64,000 bases of DNA from Desulfomonilia bacterium (GCA_963664325.2 CAXXDQ010000006.1:1-64000); one strand, 5' to 3'; shown: positions 37,230 through 47,924, counted from the stretch's first letter. Notes: generated from the sequence alone by a model not told the origin. Program-made: numbers and translations.

Positions 37230-38698
37230 AGCGAATCATATTGGCCTGTTTATCAGGCCTGTTCTATTCACTGTCTTTCCCTTCATTCAACCTTTGGCCA
37301 TTTATATTTGTTTTTGCAGTGCCATTATTACTTGCTGCAGAGAATTCAAATGTTAAAGAATGTTTGGGGTTTGGCTTTTTGGCAGGACTTGTTGCCTGGG
37401 CCGGGAATCTTTACTGGGTGGCCTACATAATGGATATTTACGGCTTTATACCTTTGCCCCTGTGCGCCCTTATATTTTTACTGCTTATTTCTTACCTGGC
37501 CATTTATTTCGGTCTTTTTCTCATCTCGTGCAAATTTTTAATAAAATCCCCATTTTCAATAATAACCATTCCCGGGGTGTGGATTTTTCTGGAAATAATA
37601 AAATCATATGCATTTACAGGGTTCCCATGGTCTCTTGCCGGCTATGCTCTGGTTCCGTTCAACGCGATTGTACAGAATGCGGAATGGGGCGGTATATATG
37701 CACTTAGCGGACTTGCACTGACAGGCAATGTGGCTTTGTATAAGGCATTCAGGAGAGATTATATTCCGGCGATTTCTGGAATAGCAGTTATCGTCTGTTG
37801 TGTTGTTTGGGGGGGATGGCGCATGGACAGCCTGAAACTTGATGGCACAAACCTGAAAGTCGGAATCTGCCAGGCAAATATACCTCAGGTCCAGAAGTGG
37901 AGAAGGGATATGGTCAGTCCTACCATCGATATTTATAGAAGACTAAGCAGGGAGGCTGTATCTCAGGGTGCAGAAATTATAGTCTGGCCTGAAACGGCAT
38001 GTAATTTTTATCTGTTTCAGGAGTGGTCACCTACTGAGAGAATCATCGATATTTCAAAGGATACAGGTATACCTATGCTTGTCGGCAGCCCTGCCCTTGA
38101 AAACGATATGGTCTTTAACAGGGTATGGATGCTTGATAAAGGGCTGATCAGGGGATACTATGACAAGACACATCTAGTGCCTTTTGGAGAATACCTTCCG
38201 TTGCCTTGGCTTCTCGGTTTTCTTGGGAAACTTACGCAGGAAGTAAGCGATTTCTCCAATGCTGAAAAACTCGAACCTGTTGAAGATATTGGGACACTGG
38301 TTTGTTTTGAGAATGTGTTTCCGGAACTGGCTAGACGGCTTACCGCAAAAGGGGCTACCTGGCTCTTGACAGTATCAAATGATGCTTGGTTCCTTGACTG
38401 GTCAACATCGGAACAGCATTTGAAAACAGCAGTGATCAGGGCAATTGAAAACAGGCGCTACCTCATTATGCCGGTAAATCACGGGATATCTGCCGCTATA
38501 GATCCTTTTGGTAGAGTTATAAGCAGCCTGGGCCTCATGAAAGAGGGCTCTTTTACTGTAGAAATCAAAAAGCTCACATATAGAACTGTTTTCAGTAAAA
38601 TCGGGTTGCTGATAGGATGGATTTGGAGTTTTGCCGGTATAATAGCACTTGTCTGGGAGTTTTATAAAAAATACGACAGCCAAGTGTTTAAGGTTTGA
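37226..38698 (+). CDS. lnt: apolipoprotein N-acyltransferase
   Basis: TGFPW, QANIPQ..KW, VWPETA, YDKTHLVPFGEY, VCFE and NDAWF. Confidence 0.96.
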   Translation: MKRIILACLSGLFYSLSFPSFNLWPFIFVFAVPLLLAAENSNVKECLGFGFLAGLVAWAGNLYWVAYIMDIYGFIPLPLCALIFLLLISYLAIYFGLFLISCKFLIKSPFSIITIPGVWIFLEIIKSYAFTGFPWSLAGYALVPFNAIVQNAEWGGIYALSGLALTGNVALYKAFRRDYIPAISGIAVIVCCVVWGGWRMDSLKLDGTNLKVGICQANIPQVQKWRRDMVSPTIDIYRRLSREAVSQGAEIIVWPETACNFYLFQEWSPTERIIDISKDTGIPMLVGSPALENDMVFNRVWMLDKGLIRGYYDKTHLVPFGEYLPLPWLLGFLGKLTQEVSDFSNAEKLEPVEDIGTLVCFENVFPELARRLTAKGATWLLTVSNDAWFLDWSTSEQHLKTAVIRAIENRRYLIMPVNHGISAAIDPFGRVISSLGLMKEGSFTVEIKKLTYRTVFSKIGLLIGWIWSFAGIIALVWEFYKKYDSQVFKV

Positions 38699-38719
38699 AG
38701 ACGGACGGAAAAATATCTG

Positions 38720-38748
38720 TTGAATTTTGATATTCCCTTTTGTATAAA
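38720..38748 (+). promoter_or_regulatory. putative sigma70 promoter
   Basis: TTGAAT-N17-TATAAA, about 40 nt before the DUF1015 start. Confidence 0.5.
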
Positions 38749-38790
38749 ACTCTTTCGCTTTTACTTCTTAAAGGGTAAGGGAGCATCATC

Positions 38791-40086
38791 ATGCCTAAGA
38801 TTAAGGCATTTAAAGGTATCAGGTACAATACCGGGACTGTAGAAATTACTTCAGCCATATGTCCCCCTTATGATGTGATTGCAGCATCACAGGTTGATGC
38901 CTATTATAATAAATCCCCTTACAATTCTATCAGACTGGTTCTCGGACAGCAGTTTCCAAAGGATACAAAGACAGATAATCGCTACACCAGGGCCAAGGAT
39001 TTTTATCTCGGATGGAAAAATAAAGGTGTTCTGATAAAGGATGAAAAACCTTCGGTATATTACCATGAGCAGACTTATACCATAGGAGACAAAACCTGCA
39101 CCAGAAAAGGGATTATTGCCGCAGTAAAAATGGATGAGAACGACAATTATGAAATTATGCCTCACGAATATACTCATAAAGGCCCCAAGATAGACCGCCT
39201 CAGGCTGATGATGGAAGTCAAGGCAAATCTGAGCTGTGTTTTCGGGATTTATACAGATAAAAACAAGCTTGTTGATACTGAAATAAAACCGTTGTTGAAA
39301 GAGATGCTCTGGGATTTTACTACAAACGAAGGTACACAGAAATTCTGGAAGATAGATTCACCGCAACAGATAAAGAAAATTGCGGGCATCCTTTCGGATA
39401 AGAAGATTCTTATTGCTGACGGTCACCACAGATATGACACGGCAAAGACATACAGGGACAGGATGAGGGCCACAACAGGTAAATCGGATGGCAACCAGCC
39501 ATTTGATTATGCATTATTCTATCTGAGCAATTCTGAAGACGGAGTATCTATCCTTCCTACACATAGGGTTATTGTTGACAGTATGGGAGTCGGCCTTGTT
39601 GATATAGAACACAGGGTTAAAGAACTTTTTAGGATTCTGCCTTTTGACAACAGGAAAGCATTTCTTGATTCACTAAAGAAAAATGGCAAGGGATATATGG
39701 GGCTAAGGGTGAAAGGTATTCCGAGATACTACATGCTTGAGCTCTCGGAAATGGAAGCGCTCGACAGGTTGATGCCTGACGACAGCCATCCCCTGCTCAA
39801 AACACTTGATGTCAACATCCTTCATACATGTATCATCGAGCCGATTGTAGGAATTGATTATTCGATGACTGCCAAAAGGATGGAATTTATAAGCAATGCA
39901 TCTGAGGCGCTTGAAATGGTCGAAAAAGAAAAGGCGGACATAGTATTTCTGCTTAACCCAAGTACGATTCAGGAAATTATGGCTATTGCTGAAGCAGGTT
40001 TGAGAATGCCGCAAAAATCGACATTCTTTTATCCTAAAATTCCTACAGGTCTTGTTTTTTATCCACTTGATGCGGGGACCAAGTAG
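38791..40086 (+). CDS. DUF1015 family protein
   Basis: PPYDVI, PHE.T, IADGHHRY, PTHR and MPQKSTFFYPK. Confidence 0.93.
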   Translation: MPKIKAFKGIRYNTGTVEITSAICPPYDVIAASQVDAYYNKSPYNSIRLVLGQQFPKDTKTDNRYTRAKDFYLGWKNKGVLIKDEKPSVYYHEQTYTIGDKTCTRKGIIAAVKMDENDNYEIMPHEYTHKGPKIDRLRLMMEVKANLSCVFGIYTDKNKLVDTEIKPLLKEMLWDFTTNEGTQKFWKIDSPQQIKKIAGILSDKKILIADGHHRYDTAKTYRDRMRATTGKSDGNQPFDYALFYLSNSEDGVSILPTHRVIVDSMGVGLVDIEHRVKELFRILPFDNRKAFLDSLKKNGKGYMGLRVKGIPRYYMLELSEMEALDRLMPDDSHPLLKTLDVNILHTCIIEPIVGIDYSMTAKRMEFISNASEALEMVEKEKADIVFLLNPSTIQEIMAIAEAGLRMPQKSTFFYPKIPTGLVFYPLDAGTK

Positions 40087-40243
40087 AAGAAAAGATGTCA
40101 ATTATTAGGGAAAATAATTTCCTTTTGAAATGATAAAAAAAGGTTTATTATTTAATGAATCCATTAAATTCAATGCATTATAACATGGGGGGGTTGGTAT
40201 CTATATTGCTTAAACACTATTAAGTGTTAAGTATTTGTAAGTC

Positions 40244-42844
40244 GTGTCGAAGAGAAAATGTATGACTAAGTGTTTAAAATTAACGACTTTTATAGTCTGG
40301 GTTACTTTTTTAATTACTATAACTGCATGCTCAGGTGGAGGAGGTAATGAGCCATATTCCATCAATGTGGAGACACAAGCCAAAAATATTACATCTCTTG
40401 GAGAATTTCCTGTCGGTATAAGAGACTATACACCTCCTGTAATAGAATTTACATCACCAGTATCCCAGAATCCTGTGACGACTGTAACAGATGATAAAAA
40501 CGGTTATCTTAAAGAGATTGTTAAAGGTGAAAAATGGGCACTTGATATTAAAGGTGAAGTAATGCCCTCGACCTTTGGGCCTGAGAAAAGGTCGCTTGAA
40601 TTCAAAGGCGTTTATGTTAACTGGCAACTCGTAGATTCAAGTAATGGAGACGATATTAAATGGGTGGACGGAAAGTTCGCCTTCACAAAAACTGTTTTTA
40701 TAACAAAAGAAGAACTGGCAAATACGTTCTATCCCATTACCATAGCAGCGGTTGATGAAAAGGGCTACGTGGCAGGTACTAAATCTGTGATTATCCTGCA
40801 GGACAAGGCTGCTAACACCATCGGTAGCGATCACCCTCTGACTAATTCCCTGCATTTATCTGGTAACAGTGAATTTGTTTCGAATGCTTTGTCCATGCTT
40901 GTATCACAGATTGAAGGCCTTAACTTTGCGCCTAATATGGGTGCAGTAACACTTTTGGATAATGATATAATCATCCCACGGACAGTGATGCTCCAGGGTA
41001 TTGAGATCAGTAATTATTCTATCAGCTCTAATAGTGCAAACTTCTGCTCTGTGAACCTCGATCTTAGAGTTTCCAATCTTGTGGTTGAATATACAAATAA
41101 TTTGTCCGTATTTAACAAAGGACAGAATATAATAAATATAAACATGAAAAATGTTGAGATTAACGGCCTGATTGTAGAACTGAGAATTGATGAAAACAAT
41201 GAAATCAGCGCCTACCTTAATGCAGGAGATATTGCTTTAGCAAAGGGTTCGGGTTTCGAGTATAATCTCGATACACCCTTTACCGAGATTTTCAACTTTC
41301 TGTCTGATAACGTGTTCAGTTTCCTTATTCAAGATGTTTTCAACCAATTAAAACAAAAACCCATACAGCTTAAAATAGGCTATAATGCCCTAAGGCTGCT
41401 TATTAAACAGTTAACCGGGAATAATGAGAAACTGACAACATTGACTGGATTGAAGTACTGCTCAACAGAAAACGGCGGCATTAAACTTGGCATGGATATG
41501 CATTTCCCTGAAGTTAAAAACCAGGGGATTAAAGGCAACCGTAACCTGATAAGCACATATGCTTCTTCCCAGGCAAAAAGCGATAAAATTAATCTGGCTT
41601 TAAATTACGGGAATTCTTCAATAGCTTTTAGTGACGATTACTTAAACCAGCTTCTGGCAGTGGACTTTATCTCTGATCCCGACAATCCCCAGGAGATTAC
41701 CAGTCTTGATCTGAATGAACTCATTGATCAGATGAATATCAACCTTGGGAATTACAAGCTCTGGCCTTGGTTGAGGGATGGAAATGACAGACTCCCCAAA
41801 ATAAAAATCAAGTACCTAATGCTTACACCACCCATTCTGAAAATTCATGGGGATGGCAATTATATTGGCAGTCTGTATGTGAAAAATATTCTGGTGGAAG
41901 TCCATGAGCTGGATAATCAAGGAAATGAGAGCTGTCTTCTCGCTAGGCTCTCGATTGATCTTGACATTGCCATGAAGTGGGAGAATGGGAATTTCGTGCT
42001 TGAATGCGGCAAAGAAAATGCAAGTTACACTCTGCTTTTCAACAAGCTTTATCCGTTATTCCTGCCGCCGCAAATGAAGGAAATCCATACCTATATCGCA
42101 AACAGCCTTAACCAGTTATTGAGTAAAATTGCACTTATCGGGTATCCTGTTACAAATGTAGCCGCTATGAATGATGCTTATCTGGTCTTCAGTGGCAACC
42201 TGATAAATAAGGATAATATAGAATCCACCGACCCGGATATAATTTATGATGGAGCCGATTGGCAGTATCGATACTTCTCAACCAAGCCCAATGCCGATAC
42301 GGTTGATAAGTTAAGATTTTTTGGAAGCAATGACGGTTCAATATCATTTAATACGCTAGATAGTAGTAATTATGATCAGGATAAAAATAAATACAAGGGA
42401 ATCAAGGATCTTGACTGGAATGATTCCTGTGGTTTTTTCTATGATTTCGGTGAAGATTCATACAAGCTTATAACAGGGGTTTCCTTTACCAGGAATATTG
42501 TATTTGACTGGATTACCGGTAACACTGTAGAGTTTTATGAAGAGTTTGCAGTAATGTGTATTGCCTATGGCAATGCGGTCATATCTACAGATTATGAATA
42601 CGTACCCAGCGAAACCTGTTTAATTCCTTATGAGCTGACTATTGAGGATAAGCCTGAACTGGTGCTGCCTGATTCTCAGACATTTAGTATTCCGCTCAGC
42701 AGTAACGTGGGTATTGGAATCAGGTTTAAAAAAGATCCCTCAATTCCATTAAAACTCAATCCGATCGAATTGAAGACAGCCATTGCTTCGAACATTGTTA
42801 TAAAATATATCGATCTGAGTCTTAACACGGGCCTGAATTTTTAA
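40244..42844 (+). CDS. large AT-rich lipoprotein with an Ig-like domain, a suspected BPI/LBP-like region and an extra C-terminal domain
   Basis: Lipobox ITAC-SGGGG, PPVIEFTSP and IAFSDDYLNQLL. Motifs are shared with 30755..32626. Confidence 0.75.
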   Translation: MSKRKCMTKCLKLTTFIVWVTFLITITACSGGGGNEPYSINVETQAKNITSLGEFPVGIRDYTPPVIEFTSPVSQNPVTTVTDDKNGYLKEIVKGEKWALDIKGEVMPSTFGPEKRSLEFKGVYVNWQLVDSSNGDDIKWVDGKFAFTKTVFITKEELANTFYPITIAAVDEKGYVAGTKSVIILQDKAANTIGSDHPLTNSLHLSGNSEFVSNALSMLVSQIEGLNFAPNMGAVTLLDNDIIIPRTVMLQGIEISNYSISSNSANFCSVNLDLRVSNLVVEYTNNLSVFNKGQNIININMKNVEINGLIVELRIDENNEISAYLNAGDIALAKGSGFEYNLDTPFTEIFNFLSDNVFSFLIQDVFNQLKQKPIQLKIGYNALRLLIKQLTGNNEKLTTLTGLKYCSTENGGIKLGMDMHFPEVKNQGIKGNRNLISTYASSQAKSDKINLALNYGNSSIAFSDDYLNQLLAVDFISDPDNPQEITSLDLNELIDQMNINLGNYKLWPWLRDGNDRLPKIKIKYLMLTPPILKIHGDGNYIGSLYVKNILVEVHELDNQGNESCLLARLSIDLDIAMKWENGNFVLECGKENASYTLLFNKLYPLFLPPQMKEIHTYIANSLNQLLSKIALIGYPVTNVAAMNDAYLVFSGNLINKDNIESTDPDIIYDGADWQYRYFSTKPNADTVDKLRFFGSNDGSISFNTLDSSNYDQDKNKYKGIKDLDWNDSCGFFYDFGEDSYKLITGVSFTRNIVFDWITGNTVEFYEEFAVMCIAYGNAVISTDYEYVPSETCLIPYELTIEDKPELVLPDSQTFSIPLSSNVGIGIRFKKDPSIPLKLNPIELKTAIASNIVIKYIDLSLNTGLNF

Positions 42845-42962
42845 TAAGCTGGCTTGAATTCGCAAAGGACTCTATCAGGAAAAGTCCCGACCAATAAACC
42901 CGGGATGAAAATGATATTTCGTTATTTGTCGATATGTATTTTTATGATAAGCATGTTTGAAT

Positions 42963-43175
42963 ATGAAATGCAGATTCGGCGATGAAGACATGTATGAATT
43001 CCATGAAGGAGATGCAAAAGAGAAGTGTTTTCTGTGCAGGAAGTCATGTAAAAAAACATTTAGTGTAAGAGAAATCAAGTCACAGAAAATGGTTCATCTC
43101 TGCGGCGGTTGCATGGTCAGTAACATCTCTGAATATATGCTTGACAATACAAGGCCCTGGGTTGAACCGGATTAA
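42963..43175 (+). CDS. small Cys-rich (zinc-ribbon-like) protein
   Basis: CFLC...HLCGGC pair in a ~70 aa ORF. Confidence 0.6.
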   Translation: MKCRFGDEDMYEFHEGDAKEKCFLCRKSCKKTFSVREIKSQKMVHLCGGCMVSNISEYMLDNTRPWVEPD

Positions 43176-43282
43176 AGGTTATACTGGGAATTAATCCGGA
43201 AAGTAGTACCGGCCACCACATATTAAGATACCTCAAGTCCGCCGTTACGGAAAAAAATATTTTTACAGAAAGTTAACTTCCC

Positions 43283-43405
43283 TTAAACTCCTTCTTTATT
43301 CTCTGTTGCTCTTGCTGCTTCGAATCCCTGTCCTGTAAGCTCCTGCCTTAACTGTTAACGAATGGATTAAATGTTATCTGTAATCAGGATCAATGCAGTC
43401 TTTTC
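43283..43405 (-). pseudogene. decayed receiver-domain fragment
   Basis: Minus strand reads KTALILITDNI*SIR*QLRQELTGQGFEAARATENKEGV*, resembling a REC N-terminus with stops. Confidence 0.4.
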
Positions 43406-43422
43406 ATTCAACGACACGTGTT

Positions 43423-43815
43423 TTATAAACCGATAAGGTTTTTAACGTATGTAATCAAATCGTTGGCCTTAATGGGTTTGGTGAGTACCAAATCGACTTT
43501 TGCAGCATCACCAGACGGTTCGGCTGCTTCAGAGTAAGGGCCCTGAATATCTACCGCGCTGAGTAATACAAGCTTGATCTTTTTTGTAGAGTCGGTAGCC
43601 CTGAGTTTAGATACCACATTGAATCCTTCACTCCATGTCTCCATCATCATGTCAACTATTGCAAGATCAGGCTTAATTTTTGAAGCAGCCTCAACCCCTG
43701 ATTTTCCATCCTCAGCCAAAAAAACTTCGAAGCCACCGTTTTCAAGAATAAGTTTTGTTGCAGCGCAGAAGTCATTATCATCATCGATAATCAGGATTTT
43801 TTTCTTTGTGCTCAT
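43423..43815 (-). CDS. single-domain response regulator
   Basis: KILIIDDD, PDLAIVDMMM and KPI, with a GGAGG RBS. Confidence 0.92.
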   Translation of the reverse strand: MSTKKKILIIDDDNDFCAATKLILENGGFEVFLAEDGKSGVEAASKIKPDLAIVDMMMETWSEGFNVVSKLRATDSTKKIKLVLLSAVDIQGPYSEAAEPSGDAAKVDLVLTKPIKANDLITYVKNLIGL

Positions 43816-44043
43816 TCTTTACCTCCATCTGTATATTGGGATTTGTCAGCAATATTGATACCAATATGTATCATAGAAATGTTATTGAAACAAATAAAGT
43901 CAAAAAAACCATAATATGTGTCATGGGGCATATTTCCCCATATCTGATACGCTTTTCCCCATGCCTGTCAGTCTTTAGGTTGTATCACGTAATTTCTGAC
44001 CTTGAGTCTGTTTTTTCCAGTACATGCCCGGGAAAACAATTAT

Positions 44044-44059
44044 TGGAATATGATATGCA
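44044..44059 (+). promoter_or_regulatory. possible sigma54 (-24/-12) promoter
   Basis: TGGAATATGATATGCA (GG-N10-GC). Confidence 0.4.
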
Positions 44060-44617
44060 AAATTATCAATGGTCTTTTCAATATTGATTTTCTTGATTTC
44101 AGCAAGAATAATACTTTTTGAGTCCGGATTGGATTAAGGGGTTTTGTATTTTGTCATACAGCATTCAAAATCTTTTCTTTATGTTCATATTCCCAATTAC
44201 ATTTCCTGACCGGGAATGGGATTTTATCGATATCTTTCCTTTTCTTTAAGAAGATTTGTTTTTGTCGCAGTGCCTTTTCAAAAACGACTATAATAGTTTT
44301 CATAGACCGGTATGGTTTGTACTCCCTGAAAGGTTTATAAAATAAACATTCATCCAATAGTATTGATAGCATTCTAGACTCTGGAATTTATATATGAAGC
44401 TCCAATAGTTCAACACGCCTTTGGAAAGTTCATCCCTCCTTATGTTAAAAGTTTGAACTCATGAGTAGTAGATGCATCGGATTTCATTTCAATTATCTCG
44501 ATCTAGCTGCTTCAAATCCAGAGGCGCTGTTTTACGAATGGTACAAAATGCCCCGTTTATAATGATTCACTGAACTGCCGCTGAAGCCAACTAGATAAAA
44601 ATAAAAGAGAAATTTTG

Positions 44618-44633
44618 TGGCTCCATAATTGCT
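44618..44633 (+). promoter_or_regulatory. sigma54 (-24/-12) promoter of the hydrogenase operon
   Basis: TGGCTCCATAATTGCT matches TGGCAC-N5-TTGCW with one mismatch, about 65 nt before the ATG at 44700. Confidence 0.75.
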
Positions 44634-44699
44634 AAATTAAAATGAACGATTAAGGTCTGACCAGATGCATACATTTTAAAATAAAGCGGAGGTGTAAAT

Positions 44700-46499
44700 A
44701 TGTGGACAAGCAGTAGTAAGGGAGGGAGCTGTGTTGAGCCGGCGGTAAAACAGTTTCTGCCTCCATGTCAGATGCAGTGTCCTATCAACGAAGACATTCA
44801 GCGGACAAATGTTCTGATATCTCTTCTTCCTTCTGATCCGGCAAAGGCAAAAGAGGGGATCCAGCAGATAGGAGACTATTTGTTTGACAGGAATCCATTC
44901 TTTCCTGTTTGCGGCTACATCTGCGGCATCTGTGAGCTCGGGTGCAATTACAAGGTGAAGGGCGGATCAATCCGCAGAAGGCTTTTAAAACGTTTCCTGT
45001 CTGAACAGTTCCTGGAGGATCTTGATAAGAAAGAAGAATTTGATACTGTGAAGAACAAGGAGAATGTGGCTGTCATAGGCGGTGGTCCGGGCGGCTTGAT
45101 GTGTGCATTCAACCTGAGCCGCAAAGGCTACAGGGTAACGATATTCGAGGCATCCAACAGGCTCGGCGGAACGCTCTGGCTGATACCCCACTACAGGCTT
45201 CCGAAGGATGTCCTGGTGCGAGTCATGCAGAACATGGTCAGGCTTGCAGGTATCGAGGTCAAGTATAATGCAAAGATAGGCGATTCCAAACTTTCAATTG
45301 ACAAGCTCCGGAAAGAAGGATTCAAGGCCGTCTTCATTGCAAAGGGGACTCCTTCCCCGCGTATTCTAACCTATAATGGTGAGGTGGTTGCAAACCAGGA
45401 TTTGGCTGGAGTTATGTACGGCCAGACATTCCTGTATGAGGTAAGCCGGGGAATCCTTGAAAAAGACTATTTTGATGGAAAGAAAATCATAGTAATCGGT
45501 GGAGGAAACGTCTCGTTCGATGTTGCACGCTCGGCAAGACGGCTTGGAGGACAGGTTACCGTAGTTGCACTTGAGTGTGAGGATAAAAAATCGAAAGACG
45601 GCATACCTGCTGACCATGATGAAATACGAGGAGCATGGGAGGAAGGTGTCGATGTCGTATACTCCCGCGGCGTAAAAAAAATCATCGGCAGAAGCGGCAA
45701 ATTCACGGGCATAGAATCACCGAAATGTACAAGCGTTTTTGATAAGAGCGGAAGGTTCAATCCGCAAATGGATGAGAATGATATAATAACTATCAACGGC
45801 GATATACTTGTACTTTCAGTGGGCCAGGGTCCTGAAAGGATATTTTTTGAAAGGGAGGGACTGCTTGACGAAAAAGGAAGGCTTGATGTCGACCCGGTGA
45901 CTCTGCAGAGCAGAAAGAAAGACTATGTGTTTATAGGCGGCGACGTGAGGAAAGTCGGATTCATGGTAGATGCAATGCATGAAGGAATTGAAGCCGCCGA
46001 GACAATAGAAAGGTATTTCAAAGGCATTGACCTGTATGCAGGGAGAAAACGGGACTTTGAAGCGCTCACCATACCGGTTCTTAACAATGAGGATTATCGC
46101 CCTGAACCGGAAGTGGTATGGATACCGCCTGAAAAACGCCTGCACTTCAAAATGTTCGAAAGGGGATTCTCTCTGGGTGAGGCGATAGAGGAAGCCAAGC
46201 GCTGCCTTTATTGCGGTCCTTGCGTGTCGTGCAAGGCATGCGTTTCTATTGGAATCAATGAAGAACTGCCTGTTATCCAGATAAACGAGTCAATCTGCAG
46301 CGGCTGTGGGATCTGTCTGACGGCATGCCATTACAATTCTGCGCATCTTGTTAATATGAACGGTGTGCTTGTTTCAAAGACGGATATGTTCAGGTGCAAG
46401 GCCTGCGGTCTTTGCGTTTCTGCATGCCCGACTGGAGCGCGTTCAATCATCGGGACCGATATTGAAGAGAGGCTGAGGGACGCCCATGCTTCCCTGTAG
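44700..46499 (+). CDS. GltD/NfnB/HdrL-like FAD- and NAD(P)-binding Fe-S oxidoreductase with C-terminal ferredoxin domains
   Basis: PCQMQCP...CGYICGICELGC, GGGPGG, GGGNVSFD, RCLYCGPCVSCKAC, CSGCGICLTAC and CKACGLCVSACP. Confidence 0.88.
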   Translation: MWTSSSKGGSCVEPAVKQFLPPCQMQCPINEDIQRTNVLISLLPSDPAKAKEGIQQIGDYLFDRNPFFPVCGYICGICELGCNYKVKGGSIRRRLLKRFLSEQFLEDLDKKEEFDTVKNKENVAVIGGGPGGLMCAFNLSRKGYRVTIFEASNRLGGTLWLIPHYRLPKDVLVRVMQNMVRLAGIEVKYNAKIGDSKLSIDKLRKEGFKAVFIAKGTPSPRILTYNGEVVANQDLAGVMYGQTFLYEVSRGILEKDYFDGKKIIVIGGGNVSFDVARSARRLGGQVTVVALECEDKKSKDGIPADHDEIRGAWEEGVDVVYSRGVKKIIGRSGKFTGIESPKCTSVFDKSGRFNPQMDENDIITINGDILVLSVGQGPERIFFEREGLLDEKGRLDVDPVTLQSRKKDYVFIGGDVRKVGFMVDAMHEGIEAAETIERYFKGIDLYAGRKRDFEALTIPVLNNEDYRPEPEVVWIPPEKRLHFKMFERGFSLGEAIEEAKRCLYCGPCVSCKACVSIGINEELPVIQINESICSGCGICLTACHYNSAHLVNMNGVLVSKTDMFRCKACGLCVSACPTGARSIIGTDIEERLRDAHASL

Positions 46500-46523
46500 C
46501 CGTATTTGAAGGAGATACTAAAA

Positions 46524-46943
46524 ATGGGTGCATATAATCCTAAAATAATATGTTTCGCATGCAAGTTCGGCTGGGGCTACCTTGAAGGCGAATCCGTCAA
46601 GAAGATGAAAGGTGTTGTCCCGATTTTGTGCAGCGGCAAGATAGATATAACTCATATAGTCAACGCCTATGCAAAGGGAGCTGACGGTGTACTGATACTG
46701 GCTTGCAACGAAGGCGACTGCCATTTCCACATCGGCAACTTCCAGGCGAGGAAAAGGGTTCTGATCCTGAAAAAGACACTCAAGGCGTTCGGGATCGAGC
46801 CTGAAAGACTTCAGATAAGGCTTGATCATGACCCTTCGGGAAATTCAATTCCCAACCTGATGATGCAAATGGCCGAAAAGATAAAGGACCTGGGAAAGCT
46901 CTCGGCCGGGAAAGAACCTGCCCCGGCATTAAACCATCTTTAA
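46524..46943 (+). CDS. mvhD: MvhD/FlxD [2Fe-2S] hydrogenase subunit
   Basis: PKIICFAC, CSGKID, GADGVL, C.EGDCHF..GN and GIEPERL. Confidence 0.93.
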   Translation: MGAYNPKIICFACKFGWGYLEGESVKKMKGVVPILCSGKIDITHIVNAYAKGADGVLILACNEGDCHFHIGNFQARKRVLILKKTLKAFGIEPERLQIRLDHDPSGNSIPNLMMQMAEKIKDLGKLSAGKEPAPALNHL

Positions 46944-46961
46944 TAATAAGGGAGAATAGAA

Positions 46962-47924
46962 ATGCAATCTAAACCGAAAGTTGCCATATACTGGCTTTCA
47001 GGCTGCGGCGGATGCGATGAAGCAATAGTCGATCTGAACGAAGCCATTCTGAAAGTGGCCGATGCAATAGAGATCGTTCTCTGGCCTGTGGCCATGGACT
47101 TCAAGTATGACAGCATCAGGGCGTTGGATGACGGAGAGATTACACTTAGCATAATCAACGGCTCGGTGCGTAACTCGGACCATCTTGAAATGGCTCATCT
47201 GCTCAGAAAGAAATCACAGCTTGTCCTTGCGTTCGGCGCTTGTGCATGCTTTGGAGGAACCTGCGGCCTGGCAAATTTCCGCTCGAAAAAGGATATTTTT
47301 GACTGGGTATATGAGAATGCCCCGACAGTCGTTAACCCTAAACACAATGTCCCGCTTACCGAAAGTGTAGACAACGGCCACAAGCTAACGTTGCCGGAAA
47401 TTTGGGAGAAGGTGTATCCGCTCAATGAGATAATTGACATAGACTATTATCTGCCCGGATGTCCACCGCCTCCAAACCTGATCGCTCAGGCGGTTTTTGC
47501 AGTTGTTGAAGGCAAGCTTCCGCCCAAGGGAACGGTTCTTTCGCCGGGCAACGCCCTTTGCGACTCCTGTCCGAGGAACGCGACCAAGCCACTTAAGCTC
47601 GAGATAAAAGAGATTACAAGGATTCATGAAGTAGAAGCTGACCCCTCGAGGTGCTTCCTTGCTCAGGGTATAATATGCCTTGGTCCTGCAATCCGTTCAG
47701 GATGCGGGGAAACCTGTATCAATACAAATGTTCCATGCCGCGGATGTTTCGGCCCGGTTGATGGTGTCGATGATGCCGGTTCCAAGTTTCTCTCGAGTCT
47801 GGCAATACTTCTCGCCGCCGAGACCGAAGACGCAGCCGGTGCAATTGTCGAAAAACTTGTTGATCCAGCAGGGTACTGCTACAGGTTCAGCCTGCCTTCA
47901 GCCCAGCTGTCACCTAAAAGATAA
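46962..47924 (+). CDS. mvhG: group 3c [NiFe] hydrogenase small subunit
   Basis: CGGC, WPVAMDFK, AFGACA, PGCPP, CDSCP, CLGP...C...PCRGCFGP. Confidence 0.93.
   Translation: MQSKPKVAIYWLSGCGGCDEAIVDLNEAILKVADAIEIVLWPVAMDFKYDSIRALDDGEITLSIINGSVRNSDHLEMAHLLRKKSQLVLAFGACACFGGTCGLANFRSKKDIFDWVYENAPTVVNPKHNVPLTESVDNGHKLTLPEIWEKVYPLNEIIDIDYYLPGCPPPPNLIAQAVFAVVEGKLPPKGTVLSPGNALCDSCPRNATKPLKLEIKEITRIHEVEADPSRCFLAQGIICLGPAIRSGCGETCINTNVPCRGCFGPVDGVDDAGSKFLSSLAILLAAETEDAAGAIVEKLVDPAGYCYRFSLPSAQLSPKR

Noticed and set aside
44154-44372. 72 aa minus-strand ORF
   Set aside because: No RBS at this start and no motif. At best it is a decayed remnant.
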